A stretch of 62,373 nucleotides of DNA, counting the filler, from Choristocarpus tenellus KU-1152 (taxonomy: Eukaryota > Protista > Phaeophyceae): NCBI GenBank assembly GCA_964200185.2. It is 13 parts of 13 records of this genome, joined end to end, with 100 filler letters (N's around TTAATTAATTAA, not from the genome) between each part and the next. Parts side by side here need not be neighbours in the genome. Positions count along the whole stretch, not along the records: positions 1 to 4,164 come from CAXNAD020015893.1; positions 4,265 to 10,726 come from CAXNAD020008087.1; positions 10,827 to 13,913 come from CAXNAD020022408.1; 10 more parts are not named here. One strand, 5' to 3'. Made by a program: the position numbers and the translations under genes. The notes below the pieces were generated by a model. That model ran no database searches and was not told where the DNA came from. It saw only the letters and a list, made by a program, of their open reading frames with translations. Of the stretch, positions 1 to 13,379 are shown in pieces (position 1 is the first letter of the stretch; every line of letters starts with the position of its first letter).

Positions 1-3000
1 TTGATTGCTAACTCCCCTCCCCGCCCACGGCACCGGGGCCAAGAGGGGGGGGGGGGGGGGGGGGCGGGGCCGGGGGGCCCAAGCCTCTTGCCGGAAAAGG
101 AGAAAGACGGAGGAGTGGGGGAGATGGACGAGGTGGAGGCAGTACTGGACGTGGTCGGAGGTACGGTAAGGGTAAACGGAACGGTGGGGGTGGGGGCGGA
201 GGAGGCGGGCGTGGTGGGGGCCGGCGTCGGAAGGACAAGGACTACACTGTTGAAGAGCTTGATGCGCAGATGGACAAGTACTTCATGAAGGATGTGAGAC
301 CCCAATCCTAAACCCTTCCCGAGCCTTCGCCCCTTTTCACTGCGCTTGTCTGGCCAAGATAACACCATTGTGCTTATGTATGTGTGGCGGAAGCATGCTT
401 GGCCATCCTGTAACCTTTCGCCTTCATATTGCTTGAAGAAAACTCCCCAAGAAAAAATTGGGTCTCCACCCTTCTGATATGCCCGATGCCGACCGCCACG
501 GTCCCATGATTGCAATGTACCACTAACTGAACGCAGGATACCAGGGCTTCATCAAAGCTTGACACAGAGATGGACAGGTACTGGAAATCCCCTACCACTG
601 AGACAAAGCCTGCAGCATCCTCTGTCGCAGAGGAAGAAGCTGACAAATTGATTGAGGGTGAAGGTGGAGAAATAGCTGGTAACAGAGAAGTAGGAACTGA
701 GGGAAAGGAAGTCCATGAACTTGACGAAGGAAGTGGCTATTAATGTGAGGTCATCATGGGACTGATGTTTTTGTCCACGGACTGGAGGTATTGTTTAAGT
801 GGTTTGTTCGTCCCACTTCGTGTGAGAAGTCGATGACCATCATAAGGACCATGTAAACAGAATGAATTGCATAACGGCCCAGAGCTTCCTCTGGGTGTTA
901 GGTTTTTTTCACACATGGGCTTGGCATACTCAAACCATGGTGAAATGGGTTGTATAGTACGAAAAGGCGATAAATGGAAGAAAGACAAAAGGTTAAAACT
1001 GGGTGACTGAACACGGTAGAGAAGGCGTTCAACGGTAAGGTATACCTATTCATTCCACAAAGCAACAGCACCACTATCAAGGCACACTGATGTGGCCTCC
1101 ACTCTATCGAATACAAGGCTGGAATGTGGTGCAATGATTTTGAGCACTTGGTGACAAGGCAGTTTGACTTGACAAGGTGGAAGTGTTAAAGTTGGTCCAA
1201 GAGAAGGAAGGGACTGTATCAGAATGTAAGTTGAGGGGGCAGGAAGATGGGGGTTAGAACAGGAGACGCTTGAAAATTGGATTTGTTGTTAGATTCCCAT
1301 TGATGCATATTCTGCTCAGGAACAACAGTTTTTTCTTAGTTATGCTCGAGATTGTCAGTTGACCAGCACCTAGAAGGGCAGGCTTTGAGGTACATTATAT
1401 CTGCCCTTATTATGGTGTAATGCTATGCGTGAATGTGTGCATGCTGTTAGCCTTTGCAGCGTTTCTTGTTCCATCATTCAATTCACTGTGGTTTGGCTCA
1501 GCACATCCCTCACCTGTTATTGTTTGGGCATTGTAAGGCTATTTGTTGAGGCTATAGAAAAGAATATGGGGGGGGATGGGAGAGATTTTTCCCTTCTGGT
1601 CTATGTTGTGGAACTTGACTATTTTGTAGAAGGAAACGGGTTCTCTGGGGTGCAACTAGTGCTCATTCTTGCTCTTGCCTTTTGATTCTACTGAGAAGGA
1701 ATGAAGTATTTGGGACCCAAAAAGTGCCACATATTGCCAAACTGACTGTTGCTTTTGTTCAAACACTGTGGATATGTTGGAATCAGGTTGTTTGAATAGG
1801 GGAGAGGTAATTGAATTGGAGGATTTGGAGGGGGGAAGGGGGCAACACATAGGTGTAGGCCCTACAGGGCAATGAGTGCATACTTTGGTATGTGCAGAGG
1901 TATGAAGAGAGTGAGGTGAGGCATGTTCAAGGGTGCAAGGAAACCCTAGAAAGGATTTTCTGAAGGCGTGGTATATGATAGGGAGCAGAAGCAAAATGAG
2001 ATGGATGTGCGTGCGATCCCATGGTTGACAATGTATTAAAAAAGTTATTGTCAGGTTTTCACTCTGGCAAGTGTGGCGCCTGACAAGTGGCTCTTCAGAA
2101 AAGGTATTATCACTATGTACAGAGCAGTAGGTATAGCTTCAATATCACCGTAACTAATAGTCAAGTATTGCAAGTGGTGATCTTCCTTGGGATGCTATGT
2201 AGGTGTGCTCTCTATCAATGGACATGCAAGTGTACTTGAATGGATGCTTCATTGACATGATGACATATGCTACAAAACCTTAGTGGGAGCCAAGGTGAGG
2301 CAGGCTGATTCTGTGAGGGTTGCTTCATTGGAGTATTCTTGAACTGTGGAATTACATGCCACAAAAACGTAAGAAATATTTAGACCGACATGACCTCAAG
2401 AGTCTACAGCTGCATCGATTTCAGTTTGGAATAAGGGGTTGCTGGACTCAAGAGGGAAGCTGGGAGGAATTGATCACAAACAGGATCCAAGACCTCTTTT
2501 GGTGTTGTGAGTAATGAAGGGGGTAGGGGCATGTTCTTGGAAGGGTTACCCAATGGAACATCCACACTATATTGTTGTGACAGGCCCCATTGTTCTTGGG
2601 GCGGTATGATAAATATTGTCATTTGGTGTTGTCTGTAGGACCAGATATGTGACCATATTTAATGCACGGATACGCAAGGTGTTTCAGGCTTCATTCTTCA
2701 AGCATCTGGGCTAAATGAGAAATACTCTGCAGAAAGAGTAAAAATGTGTTGAAGGTGATGATGTAGAGGAGATCAATTTTGATAGTGAAATTATTTTGGG
2801 GGGGCATTTTAGAGGCACAGTATGAATTGTGCATTATCATGGTACAGTAATTTACTCAAAAGTTTAGGATTTTCTTGTACTATGTACCATACGAACATGA
2901 TACTAGTACTGACAAATGGATGCTCAATGTGATAAAGAGTGTCGAACAATTTTCTTGTTGGTCTTGGCTGGGTCAAAATCCACGCCAAATGTGGTCAGTA

Positions 3001-4164
3001 TCTATTTCTTTGGTGTTGACGTATGTGGGTTTGGTTGTTCCAACAAATACAGGTATATTGTCAATAAGTTTGTCGCCAACTACAATAAGACGGTATGAAG
3101 TTATTAAATGGATACACGTGTACACATACATACCCTATGTGTTGGCAATTGTGCTGGAAACTTTGAATGGAGGCATGAGTGGTCGTGTAAAGATGTGCCG
3201 CCACAGAAAACATGCTGTTTTGACTAAAACATAAAATCATAGTAAGTGTATGCATGATGGAGAAAGAGGTGTTGTTAATCTCGACAACTGGATCTTCTAG
3301 TCGATTTGAACCATTGAAGAGTAATCGAGATTGCAATAATATATGCCTTTTCAGTTTTATCATAGGTACGGGCGATTCGGTTTGAACCTCTTCGAACCAC
3401 ATCACGTTTTCTCAGTAACCCACCTTGACACACCCCGCACTTGTGTGCACATAGCACATGACCTGCTCCGTGCATGACTCGATTCAATCGAGATAATTGA
3501 ATCATTTAGAGGTGGTAGTAAGTTAAAGACTCATGGGCTTCGATCAACAACCTCTTTGTTCTGGTGGTGGGTCATAGATTTTGGATGCTGGATCATCAGT
3601 TGTCATTAATGAAATGAGAGGTATCGTATGACACACGATCTCCCATTGGTTGGAGTGTTTTGTGGGCAAACACCAGGTGAGTAACATACTTCAATCTTTG
3701 GGAAGTATGAATAAACATGGCCATAAAGTAGGGATGGAATATGCTTCAAGCATCATGTTAGCTCTACTCTTCGTTTGAAAATGTACTTCTCGCATCGTGC
3801 ATATAATCAGTGAAAAATATCATGAAAAAGTTAATATGAGTACAAAGCGTACTTTCTCGGAAACTGAGGCAAATGATGAATAATACCATGGCTTTACACC
3901 ACCAGGTAACTGTGACCGGGGATACTGCAAGCTGGCTTCAGTTGGGTGTGTTTTCTAACAGGACTGGACCACGAACTGGCCTAGCAAAAATATATTTTAG
4001 ATGGGATGGGTCAGGAAATTTAATAGGCTTAACAGTCTGGGCCCTGGTTGGCTTGAACGAGATATGTTCTCAAGGGCCAGGCCGGGTCTCAGCTGAGAAC
4101 AGCCGATTTCAAAAATTGAGGATGGAGCTTTTCATTGAGGATGGGCTTGACCCAAAATTGACTG

Positions 4165-4264
4165 NNNNNNNNNNNNNNNNNNNNNNNNNNNNNNNNNNNN
4201 NNNNNNNNTTAATTAATTAANNNNNNNNNNNNNNNNNNNNNNNNNNNNNNNNNNNNNNNNNNNN
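4165..4264. other. Artificial contig-joining spacer (one of 12)
   Basis: N44-TTAATTAATTAA-N44 (stops in all six frames). The same spacer starts at 10727, 13914, 22091, 25693, 29403, 32031, 37015, 43975, 49690, 54602 and 58124. A separate 10-N gap lies at 52552-52561. Confidence 0.98.
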
Positions 4265-4427
4265 CCAAACTCGCGTGATTATCTCTGGGATTTTGTGCCA
4301 AATGGCACAAATATGAGAATTCCGGTACAAAAGCCAATTTTTCTTAGCGTGTCGAAAAACACGGTACAAAATGGCATATTATTCAATTTGGTTCATAATA
4401 TTTGGCCCAAAATAGGAGTACCTACTG
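4265..4427 (-). mobile_element. Family D element end, Tc1/mariner-like (CAGTAGG terminus)
   Basis: Homologous in reverse orientation to 54445-54601; the shared boundary is at (C/T)AGTAGG, next to a TA or TA-derived site. Confidence 0.6.
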
Positions 4428-4581
4428 CATCCTTGTTCAGGGCACACCTTTCATAACATACACATTTTATCTACTCCAATACATTTCGGAGTAGGTCAAA
4501 TGTCAACAAAAAATCTGTGGGAAACCAAGCACATAACAGACAAACAGGGCAAACCTCATACTCTCTAAGATACTTTCACTC
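4428..4581 (-). mobile_element. MITE family A, left half (interrupted by family D)
   Basis: Ends in TAAGATACTTTCACTC; homology stops at the family D terminus. Confidence 0.8.
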
Positions 4582-5488
4582 TTGAGCACCAACTTGCACA
4601 AGTTCAGCACACCAGGAATGGCATTCATAAACCCCTCACTCTGTAAGAACTGCTTCCATGACAAGGACAGAGGGCTAACTCACCCATACATTTGGTCTGA
4701 CTCACGTGTACACTATTACCTTAAGATGGAGACAATCGAACTAGAACACCTTTCAGTCTTTTGTCGTTGTGTTTTTCTACTTTGCACCCAACTTGAAACG
4801 CACATTGGTGGCCTATGACTCATGCTTTCCTTTATGAGATATCCATGTCTGGTCTTGTTTTAAATATAGCAAGTCATTGGAACGATAGAAGGATTTTCTC
4901 GTTCTTTCACCAGTCGAATCTAAACACGATATACCAAGAATTTGAGAAGCAACATCTACAGATAGACTCAATGTGGCAGGTACAAAACCGTTTGAAGGAT
5001 CTGAAACCATTTTCTGTTGGTTCACATATCTGTGTTAGGCAGGTCCAATCAGTCGTGGGGTGTGTTCAGAATCACCAGTTGTGTCACGGCGGGGTGCTAC
5101 CCAGCAAACCCAAAGCTCCCTCGGTTATCAAATCTTTGGAAACGTTTTGATGGGGCCTCAGTTCCGATGGATGATATCACCTCTTTGTGAATGTTCAACC
5201 GAAAGTGGTCTGAGGGTCCTCAACTTTTCTGTGTTTGATATTGGCGGAAAAGTCACCAATGACAAAGAAATGTGCCCAGAATGCACTTGTGTGTGCGCCC
5301 GGATGTGTACTTGGACTGAGATCAGCTCCCAAAGGGACCTGTCCGTCACATATCATATATATATATATATAATCTGCATAGGATATCCCCTATACATGGC
5401 ATGAAGCAAGCTTCGCAATTAGGGGCGCAACAATTATATCAAACGACCCGTTGGAAGGACGCGAAACCGTTTTTCGGTCCGTTTTTAC

Positions 5489-5746
5489 AAGTCAAAGAAT
5501 CTCAGAGGGTAGAGTCGCATCTATTTGGGGGCAAAACCCAATGTTGCGATATTTATGTAATTTTGGCTATCATGTTTGTTAGGAAGTGTCAATATCCTTG
5601 TTCCAGACACACCTTATCATAACGTACACATTTTTCCTCCTCTCAAAACGTTTCTGAGTAGGAAAATATCATTTAAAACTTGGGAAGCCAAGCTCCAAAC
5701 GGACAAACCAAAACTCGTACACGTACCATCTAAGACACTTTCACTC
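5489..5746 (-). mobile_element. MITE family A, full-length diverged copy
   Basis: Reverse-complement match over the full length; TSD degenerate. Confidence 0.85.
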
Positions 5747-6544
5747 TACCCAATATGAAAAACAAGACACCAACAAGAGACCCGATATGCCTCAATTAAG
5801 TAGAGCAATCAAAGTGAGAACAAGACATATTGACCTTCACAACCGCAACAGGCACACCCAACACTCAGACCCTCTCAGGACCCTCATTTCCTGTCTAACT
5901 CCTTCTGGTCATAAGCCTCAACCAACCCTAGTCTTTCGGTACAGCTCCTGGGACACTCCAATGTGAGAGGTCCAGTCCACGCTTTTGACCTCTTGTACCT
6001 CTTTTGAGATGGGGGCACTTGAGCTCCAGTAGTAGTTGGGCGGAAAATATTTCTTACAATAGGAGAAGTTTAATGAAGTAATCTGAGTTTTGGAGGTGAG
6101 AGAATTCTGGTAGGAATGGCATGTGGGGAAGGAAGGGTTGATTAGGGTAAAAAGAAAGATATCAAAGAGGTGGACGAAGAATTAAGTACGGAGTTGCTAG
6201 AAGGCAGAAGAGGTAGGAAAGAAGATAAAGGAAATGGGTGGTAGAATGGAAGCACAAATTAGGAAGGGATGGATCAGAACATAAGGAAAACCCGAGGTTG
6301 GTGGGATAGGACAAGCGGGGCTAGGGCTAGAGCAAGACAACCTCTGAGCAATCTCTCCCGCCCACCCACCCTTTCGATTGCTCAAGACTGACTGGGATGC
6401 TGGGGAACAGGGGGGGTCAAGTTGGGGTGGGGTATATGTCTTCTAGTTCAGAGGCAGAGTATTGAAGTGGATGATGAAAGGATGTTCTTGGATGGTTGTG
6501 AAGTGATGTTGAGTGGTGTTAAATGGTGTGGAGGAGTGAAAAGT

Positions 6545-6870
6545 GGTGGTGACTGGAAATGAGTGGTGAAGGGGTCACACTGGTTGATCATTGAATGTCA
6601 ATGACAACTAGAAATCAGTGGCGAAGGGGCGGCACTGGTTGGCCATCAGATGTCGATGGTGACTGGAAATCAGTGACGACGGGGTGGCACTGGTAGGTCA
6701 TCGGATGAGGGTGGTGCCTGGAAATTAGGGTGAAGGGGTGGCATCGGTTGGTCATTGTAGGTGGCTGGTGACTGGAAATCAGTGGCGAAGGGGTGGCACT
6801 GGTTGGTTATCGGAGGCGGCTGGTGACTGGAAATTTGTGGCAAAGGGGGGTTGAACTGGTTGGTCACAAG
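6545..6870. repeat. 55-bp minisatellite, ~6 degenerate copies
   Basis: GACTGGAAAT-like anchors at 6551, 6606, 6661, 6716, 6770 and 6825. Confidence 0.85.
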
Positions 6871-7140
6871 TGGTATTACAATGGGAGGGGAGTAGAATGG
6901 GTGGAATGCAAACATAGAAAAAATAATAATAATCCAGAAGTCGTGAGCAAAGCAGAATAGCAGGAATGAAGAAATACTCCGGAGAAGTCAAGTAACTACC
7001 TACATCAGTGACAAAATTATGGAGCAGAACGTACTTACCAACAATGTTCGTGGATGGATATGGGTATCACACCACAGGAAATATTAAAATCAGTTTCGAA
7101 GCAACATATAGTAGATTATTCCATGGTCATTGAGACCTAA

Positions 7141-7396
7141 GAGTAAAAGAGTCTTAGAGGGTACGAATTTTGCCCTGTTTGTCCATTTGGGGCTTGGCTT
7201 CCATTTTTTTTAAATGGCATTTTCCTAATCCGAAATGTTTCAGAGTAGGAAAAATGTATACGTTGTGAAAAGGTGTGTTCGGAACAAGGATATTGACACT
7301 TCCTAACAAACACAATCGTCAAAATTATATTAAAATTGCAACATTGGATTTTGGCCCCAAACAGACGCGGCTCTACCCTCTAAGATAATTTAACTC
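7141..7396 (+). mobile_element. MITE family A, full-length diverged copy
   Basis: Homologous over the full length; flanks CTAA/TAAA do not form a perfect TSD. Confidence 0.85.
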
Positions 7397-10300
7397 TAAA
7401 AGGTGAACCAGAATATTTTGGAGTCTGGAGTGGAAAAAGGATTAGTACTTTGAAGCATTGATTGATCTGCTGAAATCGCAGTTCATCGTGAGGAACTGAA
7501 CACTAGGAAAGGTGCAGCCCAATACCCACAGTGGCATTGCACTAATAGATGAAATATGAGAATTCAAGGCGACTATTGCTTCGTTTCTCTGAAGAGAGTG
7601 ACCATTAAGTTAAATACCCCACTCCAACAGTCTACTACATCGTATTATTTTTGCATATTTTTACTGTCACTATTTTGTTTATATATACCTCTACACTACT
7701 TACTGAAATGCCTCAAAATGAAAATGACACATGTGCCACTATTATTGAACCAAAGGAATTGAGAAGCAGGCAGGGTTGCATGTTTAGGACCCTGAGAAAG
7801 AGGATTAAGATGCAACTATATACAATTGCAGGTAGATCCTTTGCTTAAGGTTGGTATCAAATTATGTGTGGAAAGGGGGGTTATCAATTTTTCGTACACT
7901 ATTGGAGGTATAAAGCAATGGAATAGAGTGTATTGCACAGGGTAAGGAAGCTGGTATAAAATGCGAAAACGTCCAAACTTGCCTGCCTCGTTAAGTTTGC
8001 CTCTGTTATTGGCTTCTTAGCGACGTGGGAATCATCACAAGCCGCAAGTTTTTTACGCGGAATATAGACTAGGAACGTACAGAGAAGTGGGGCGTATTGT
8101 CTTATTTCGTAGAGCCTGTAGCACAAGAGTAAGCACGGTTTTCATCCCTAAACCAGGAGATGATTAAGATGTGATGCAAAAAGACCTACAATATGAGAAG
8201 GTGTTATTGGTTAGCAAGAATTGAAGCAAAGAATAGACCAAATAGCTCAACAAGAGGGATTTTGCTGCACGGATTTGTCGCATATTGGCCCTAACCCTTC
8301 CACCCCAAAAAGGCTTCAGACTATCAAGGTAAAAACGAAACTTCCAAACTGGGATTACTACATAAATGCAATCAAACCCAATGTAGAGATTACATATTTC
8401 CGTCTCCTCTGTGCCCCTCAGTATAGGATGAAATCAGCAATATATCAACCCAAAAACAACATACACAATTATATACTCTGGAGTATGTACGAGCACATAC
8501 TGACATTTTAGTTTTTCTAGATTTTTAGAGACTATATACCACTAGTTGTATCTTTGGGTCATTACAGTTCAAAATATATCTATTACGCGTGAAGAATTTC
8601 TTGTGCCTGTTCCAGTATGATGACCCGTTGTAGTGCTAAAGAATAAGCCTCATGTAGTGACGAACACACCAGGTCCAATCATCCTAGACGTGGCTCATAT
8701 CATACAACCAGGGAGGCAGGCAAGTGGGGATTGTGTGGTGGTGAAATTCATTCTTGTTTATGTTAGAGATGTGCTCAGTCTACACATCTACAATGTAAGA
8801 GGTGAGAAATATTGGAGGCTTCCAGCAGGAGCCAAAAAATTTAACACAAACGGTCAGTATTTGAAAATGACTTGTTGGAATAATTTGAGAACCGACTAAC
8901 CTGAGGGTAATCGGCAGCAAAGATGAAAGTGGTTTGTCTCGTGTAGGACATTTCCTCCAAGTCGTTTTTGCACTAGTGTATATAACATCTTAGCATCACA
9001 ATTTATGCTTTGTACCAACACTACCTTGCAACATTTTTCCTTAGTGGATCAACTATCCAGCCTACTTTATGCCCTGCGATCAGCGATTCGCATCAAAACA
9101 ATTTGGGCTGCCTCATGATACGGGATCACAGGACAGGTCGAAAAAGATGAACCCCTGAGTGATAAAATGGTAGAACATTACATGGACTACACCGTCAACG
9201 GTTGCTACACCACAGTGATACCATCTACTACCCTACCGTCCAAACAGACAGCACAGTCCATACACTGAATTATCTGCCAAGACACCAAATAGGCTAGGGG
9301 TTCAGCATTGTATCATAATCAAACACTGTATCGCTGTAACCCCAGTCCAATCCTTACCCACAAAGTAATTATTGACTTGGTCTACCGCTACTAGTCCTAC
9401 GCTAAGGTGCAACGTTCTGTCCATTAAACACCACCCTTGACCATAGTTTCAACCTTGACTCACAAACTAGCATTACTTGTATAAATTCGACACTGTAAGA
9501 ATATTCATACTACCCCAAGTCCCACATCAATTCCTAATCCTTACCCACCAAGTAATACTGGTACTCGTTGTACTTCTTTAAGCGAAATATTACACAAAGC
9601 TGGACTAACAAATCAAACAGGTTATTAATTCATTCTGTGATAAAAGGAATTTCTCTACTAATTACAGTACAAAGAAGATAGTTGTGTTCATGTACTCCGT
9701 AGTATATGGTTGTCTTATGGTGCATTCACTCTCGAATCTTCATTCATGAAGATACTCAAATGTACTCCAAAGAAAAATATACAAAGTTCAGATTCAGGCA
9801 TGGCTCCAGGTACTGGAGAAGTAAAATTTTGTTTGGGCTTCAGGAGGGTATAATTGTGGGTCGTGCCCTGCAACACAACCAAAGGATATCTTCCATTTCC
9901 TAGGGCTTATCGCGTTACTCTATTAGGCACTTTCGTGATGATTGTCAAAACATATGTGTGGCAGAGGTCGGGATATTTGTGATATTTCCTCCAGATAAGT
10001 GTACCACTACTTTACTACTATATGGGATATTATGAACTTAATTTTTCACTACAAAATAGCAGTTGAAACAATGATTTGCATAGGACCTTCCCATCTTCAA
10101 GGTCAACAGTTAAGCGTCTACCAAAGTTGTAGCATAAGAGTACGAAATTAACATAATCAGAAAGAACTTCAGGTAAGCCTCAAGAAATGATTCTAGTGAG
10201 GGAAGGGGGACTTTGTCGATTTCTATACGAAGGGAGGGGACTTGAAAATAATGTGCCTAACACCTCGTTTCCATGGGCTCAAATTCACCTACCCCAAATC

Positions 10301-10594
10301 AGTATGCGTCTGTTTTAGGGTAGCATAGAAGGTGGTATATCTAGATCAAGGAAATGTTTTTCCCAACTACATGATCCCTCGCATAACATCAAATTCAGGA
10401 TGAAATAATAGTGACGGCGTGTCACGGTCAATAGCACACTCTTCTAGGATACTCTACCTTCGTGCTGGCACATACCACAGTAGCATAGTAGTACTAACAC
10501 AATTATTAACAAAGAAAACAGCAGGTGAAACTATATCATTCCTTGCAGAGTCAAAGCATTTATGAGGGTAGGGGCATGTCCGTTCGGGATCGTA

Positions 10595-10700
10595 AGTCCA
10601 ATGTTGCGATTTCGATTAATTTTGACTATCACGTTTGTTAGCAAGTGTCAATATCCTTGCTCCGAACAAAACTTTCATAGTTGTATATATTTTAGGAATC
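10595..10700 (-). mobile_element. MITE family A fragment followed by a family B end
   Basis: CCAATGTTGCGATTT...GTGTCAATATCCTTG, then GGTCAAAGTATCTGGGG at the contig end. Confidence 0.7.
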
Positions 10701-11019
10701 TGTGGGGTCAAAGTATCTGGGGGGGGNNNNNNNNNNNNNNNNNNNNNNNNNNNNNNNNNNNNNNNNNNNNTTAATTAATTAANNNNNNNNNNNNNNNNNN
10801 NNNNNNNNNNNNNNNNNNNNNNNNNNATCCTCAATGAAAAGCTCCATCCTCAATTTTTGAAATCGGCTGTTCATTGGAGTGTGCTGTCGTACCTGTCCCC
10901 CTACCCTGGGGCAGGTACAGGCATGTCTGGTATCAACATTTTCCTCCTACACCCTGCCACCGGACATCTGTTGGATAGTAAATAGTATTGATGGTTTGTT
11001 TTCAAATGGCCATACGTTA

Positions 11020-11380
11020 AGATGAGAATCACAATAATGTTTAGACTTGTTTCATATAGAATTTATCACCAAGAATGACGATGATGTGAAACAGCAGTGT
11101 ACACATCACATTGTACTTACGAGTTTTCATGGGAGTGTTGCAGTATGGGAGTGTTGTGGTATAGGCGGTTACTCAAGTAGTAAATATATTTTGGAGAGAT
11201 ATCTTTCACACTTACGACAAGTAGTGTTACTTTTACACGGGTCCTTACGATATTTGACTTTTTCCCTGACACATATCTCCAAAATGTTGGAGGGCATAAT
11301 CATACATAAGTGAACAAAAAGGTGATTGACATATTACCACAGGACGAATCAGAGTAAATAGTAATAGCTCACTGGTTGAA
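11020..11380 (-). repeat. Left arm of a ~350-bp inverted repeat pair
   Basis: Reverse complement aligns with 13380-13720 (e.g. GTGAAAGATATCTCTCCAAAATATATTTACTA, GTAAGTACAATGTGATGTGTA, ATTCTTGGTGATAAATTCTATA). Confidence 0.85.
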
Positions 11381-12995
11381 GTTGAACTATTTGAATTGAC
11401 GAAAACACCATTCCCTACTTAGGTACTTCCTCTTTAGGGCATCAGTTACAACACAGGTTGTAGGGTTTTATTTTCTAGTCTTGGCATCGATAATGCTCTC
11501 TCTGTTTCTATTATTAGTACTTTTTTCTAATTTTTCTGTGTTGATTGTTAATATTGTTTTTGCTATGATTGCAGGGTATATTTTGTCATTTACACTATTC
11601 TTATTATTTGTTAATAGTAGTAGAGTTGTTTTGTCACCTACAGTTGGTTTGGGGTTTCTATGCTGCGGTGGGGAGGCGGATTAGTAAGAGTTTGAGGTTA
11701 GAGTAGAGGAGGAGGTTTGGAAGTTGAAAGTTTGTGAGCAAGAGATACTACTGTTGTCGTATGACACGAAATTTGAACAAGCGGTTGTAAGTTGAAGCGG
11801 CCTTAAAACAAACCACTTTTTTTATAAATGCAGAAGTTGATACCGTTTTCATACAGGATTGGCCTGTTACGCTAGGATAATGGAGGTTTGCAGCACCTGG
11901 ACCTAGTATTATATATCAGAATCATATATCAGGACAGAAACCTCGGCAGTAACCACAAATATTATCCTCCCCCACCCCTGCCTCTCAATTTCTGTTTCTC
12001 ATTTCTTGTGTGCGCTGACTGGGAGCAACCGAACCTCATTAAAAAGAAGCATCCACACACGCATGAATGTTTCCTCCAAACCAATCAGGTGCTTTCACGC
12101 CTTGGCCGCCAACCAATCAAAACTGCGCGGGCGACTTAAAGAACGGAGGCTTGAGAGCCTCAGTCGAATGCTAGGGGCATGGCGTCAGGGATTGTCAACC
12201 GTGCGGCGGGAGAGGCTCTGGGCTGTGCCAGGGTATGGGGGTGCATTGAGCCCATCCGCGTTTTTTGCTACAACTTCTCGAGCTCTTCCTCTCCCAGCAG
12301 GGAATCCTTTTGGTTCTTCCAATGGATGTAGAAGTGGTCTCTAGTGAAGGGGAATGCTAATGCCAACAAAAGAGGAGATATTGCAGGCGGTAGGTGAAAT
12401 AATTCTATTGGTTACTTCACAATGGATGTTTCTTTCTAAGGGTGGCAAGGAGGAAGTAGGCGGATGCGCTGGGTGGGGCCGAGTCGGGGTAGGAGTATAT
12501 AGGTCTGTGGAGAGGAGTAGTAGAGATATATGTGATCAGGTTTTGCTGACAGATTTTGAAGTCAAGTGTTGACTTTTGTTTTTTATGTGTGTGTTTTGGT
12601 GATGTTTATTGGTACTGTAGTTTCTAATGGTTGGTGTGTGGGGAGGGAAGAAGAAATGGCTCATCTTATTGGTTCAATAAAGTTCACAGGGAGAGGGACA
12701 TTAAGCATATTTTTGTGTACTGGTGTGGGAAGTGGTGGGATATAGATTCCTCATCATCTCCAACTTACAGACACGACAAGATTGACATCTTGTTCCTTCT
12801 TTAATACGCAGTACATGCATGTGTATGACATGTAAGTTTGTCATATTTACTCACATTGGAAGGCGTGGTGTAGTTGGTCCCTCCACAAAAGGGAAAGAAT
12901 GCCTGCATGCAGATGTTTATCTCAGTTACCCCCCACCCCACCCCAATCCCCATCCCCGCACAGATGAAGATTCACACCATTAATTGATCGATGCT

Positions 12996-13256
12996 GAGTG
13001 AAAATATCTTAGAGGGTACGAGTTTTGCCCTGTTTGTCCATTTGGGGCTTGGATTCCCATAGGGTTTTTTATGATATTTTGCTAATAATCGAGAATGTTT
13101 AGGACTAGATAAATGTATATTTCATGAAAAGGTGTATCCGGAACATCGATATTGACACTTCCTAACAAACACAATTAGCCAAAATTTCAATAAATCGTAA
13201 CATTGGATTTTGGCCGTCAAATGGACGCGGCTCTACCCTCTAAGATACCTTGGCTC
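12996..13256 (+). mobile_element. MITE family A, full copy, TSD TGCT
   Basis: TIRs GAGTGAAAATATCTTAGAGGGTA / TACCCTCTAAGATACCTTGGCTC; TGCT on both flanks. Confidence 0.9.
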
Positions 13257-13379
13257 TGCTATCCATTTCATCGTGGCCGGCCTAACCAAGCCAACCACGT
13301 GTCATGCGTGCTATAGATGGTACGTAACAGTGTCAAAACGTTGTACTAGATTTGTGTGCGCCCACATATTTGCTCTTCA

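Noticed and set aside
1-288. Pro/Gly-rich ORFs at the window start (also at 25800-26042)
   Set aside because: Driven by poly-G tracts and low complexity; no recognisable domain.
4209-4220. Recurrent palindrome TTAATTAATTAA
   Set aside because: Always centred in N runs; an artificial six-frame-stop linker, not biology.
6545-6870. CRISPR-like or coding repeat array
   Set aside because: Whole units are degenerate with no unique spacers; 55-bp period; eukaryotic context with no cas genes.
7900-10500. Possible LINE or DNA-transposon relic (e.g. VFIPKPG at ~8140)
   Set aside because: Isolated short motif in stop-riddled sequence; no RT or DDE motif series found.
780-11970. Possible shared CxxFC...TRS...KP motif between 780-900 and 11880-11970 (minus), hinting at a retroelement ORF relic
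   Set aside because: Needs two frameshifts in the second copy; too weak without a profile search.
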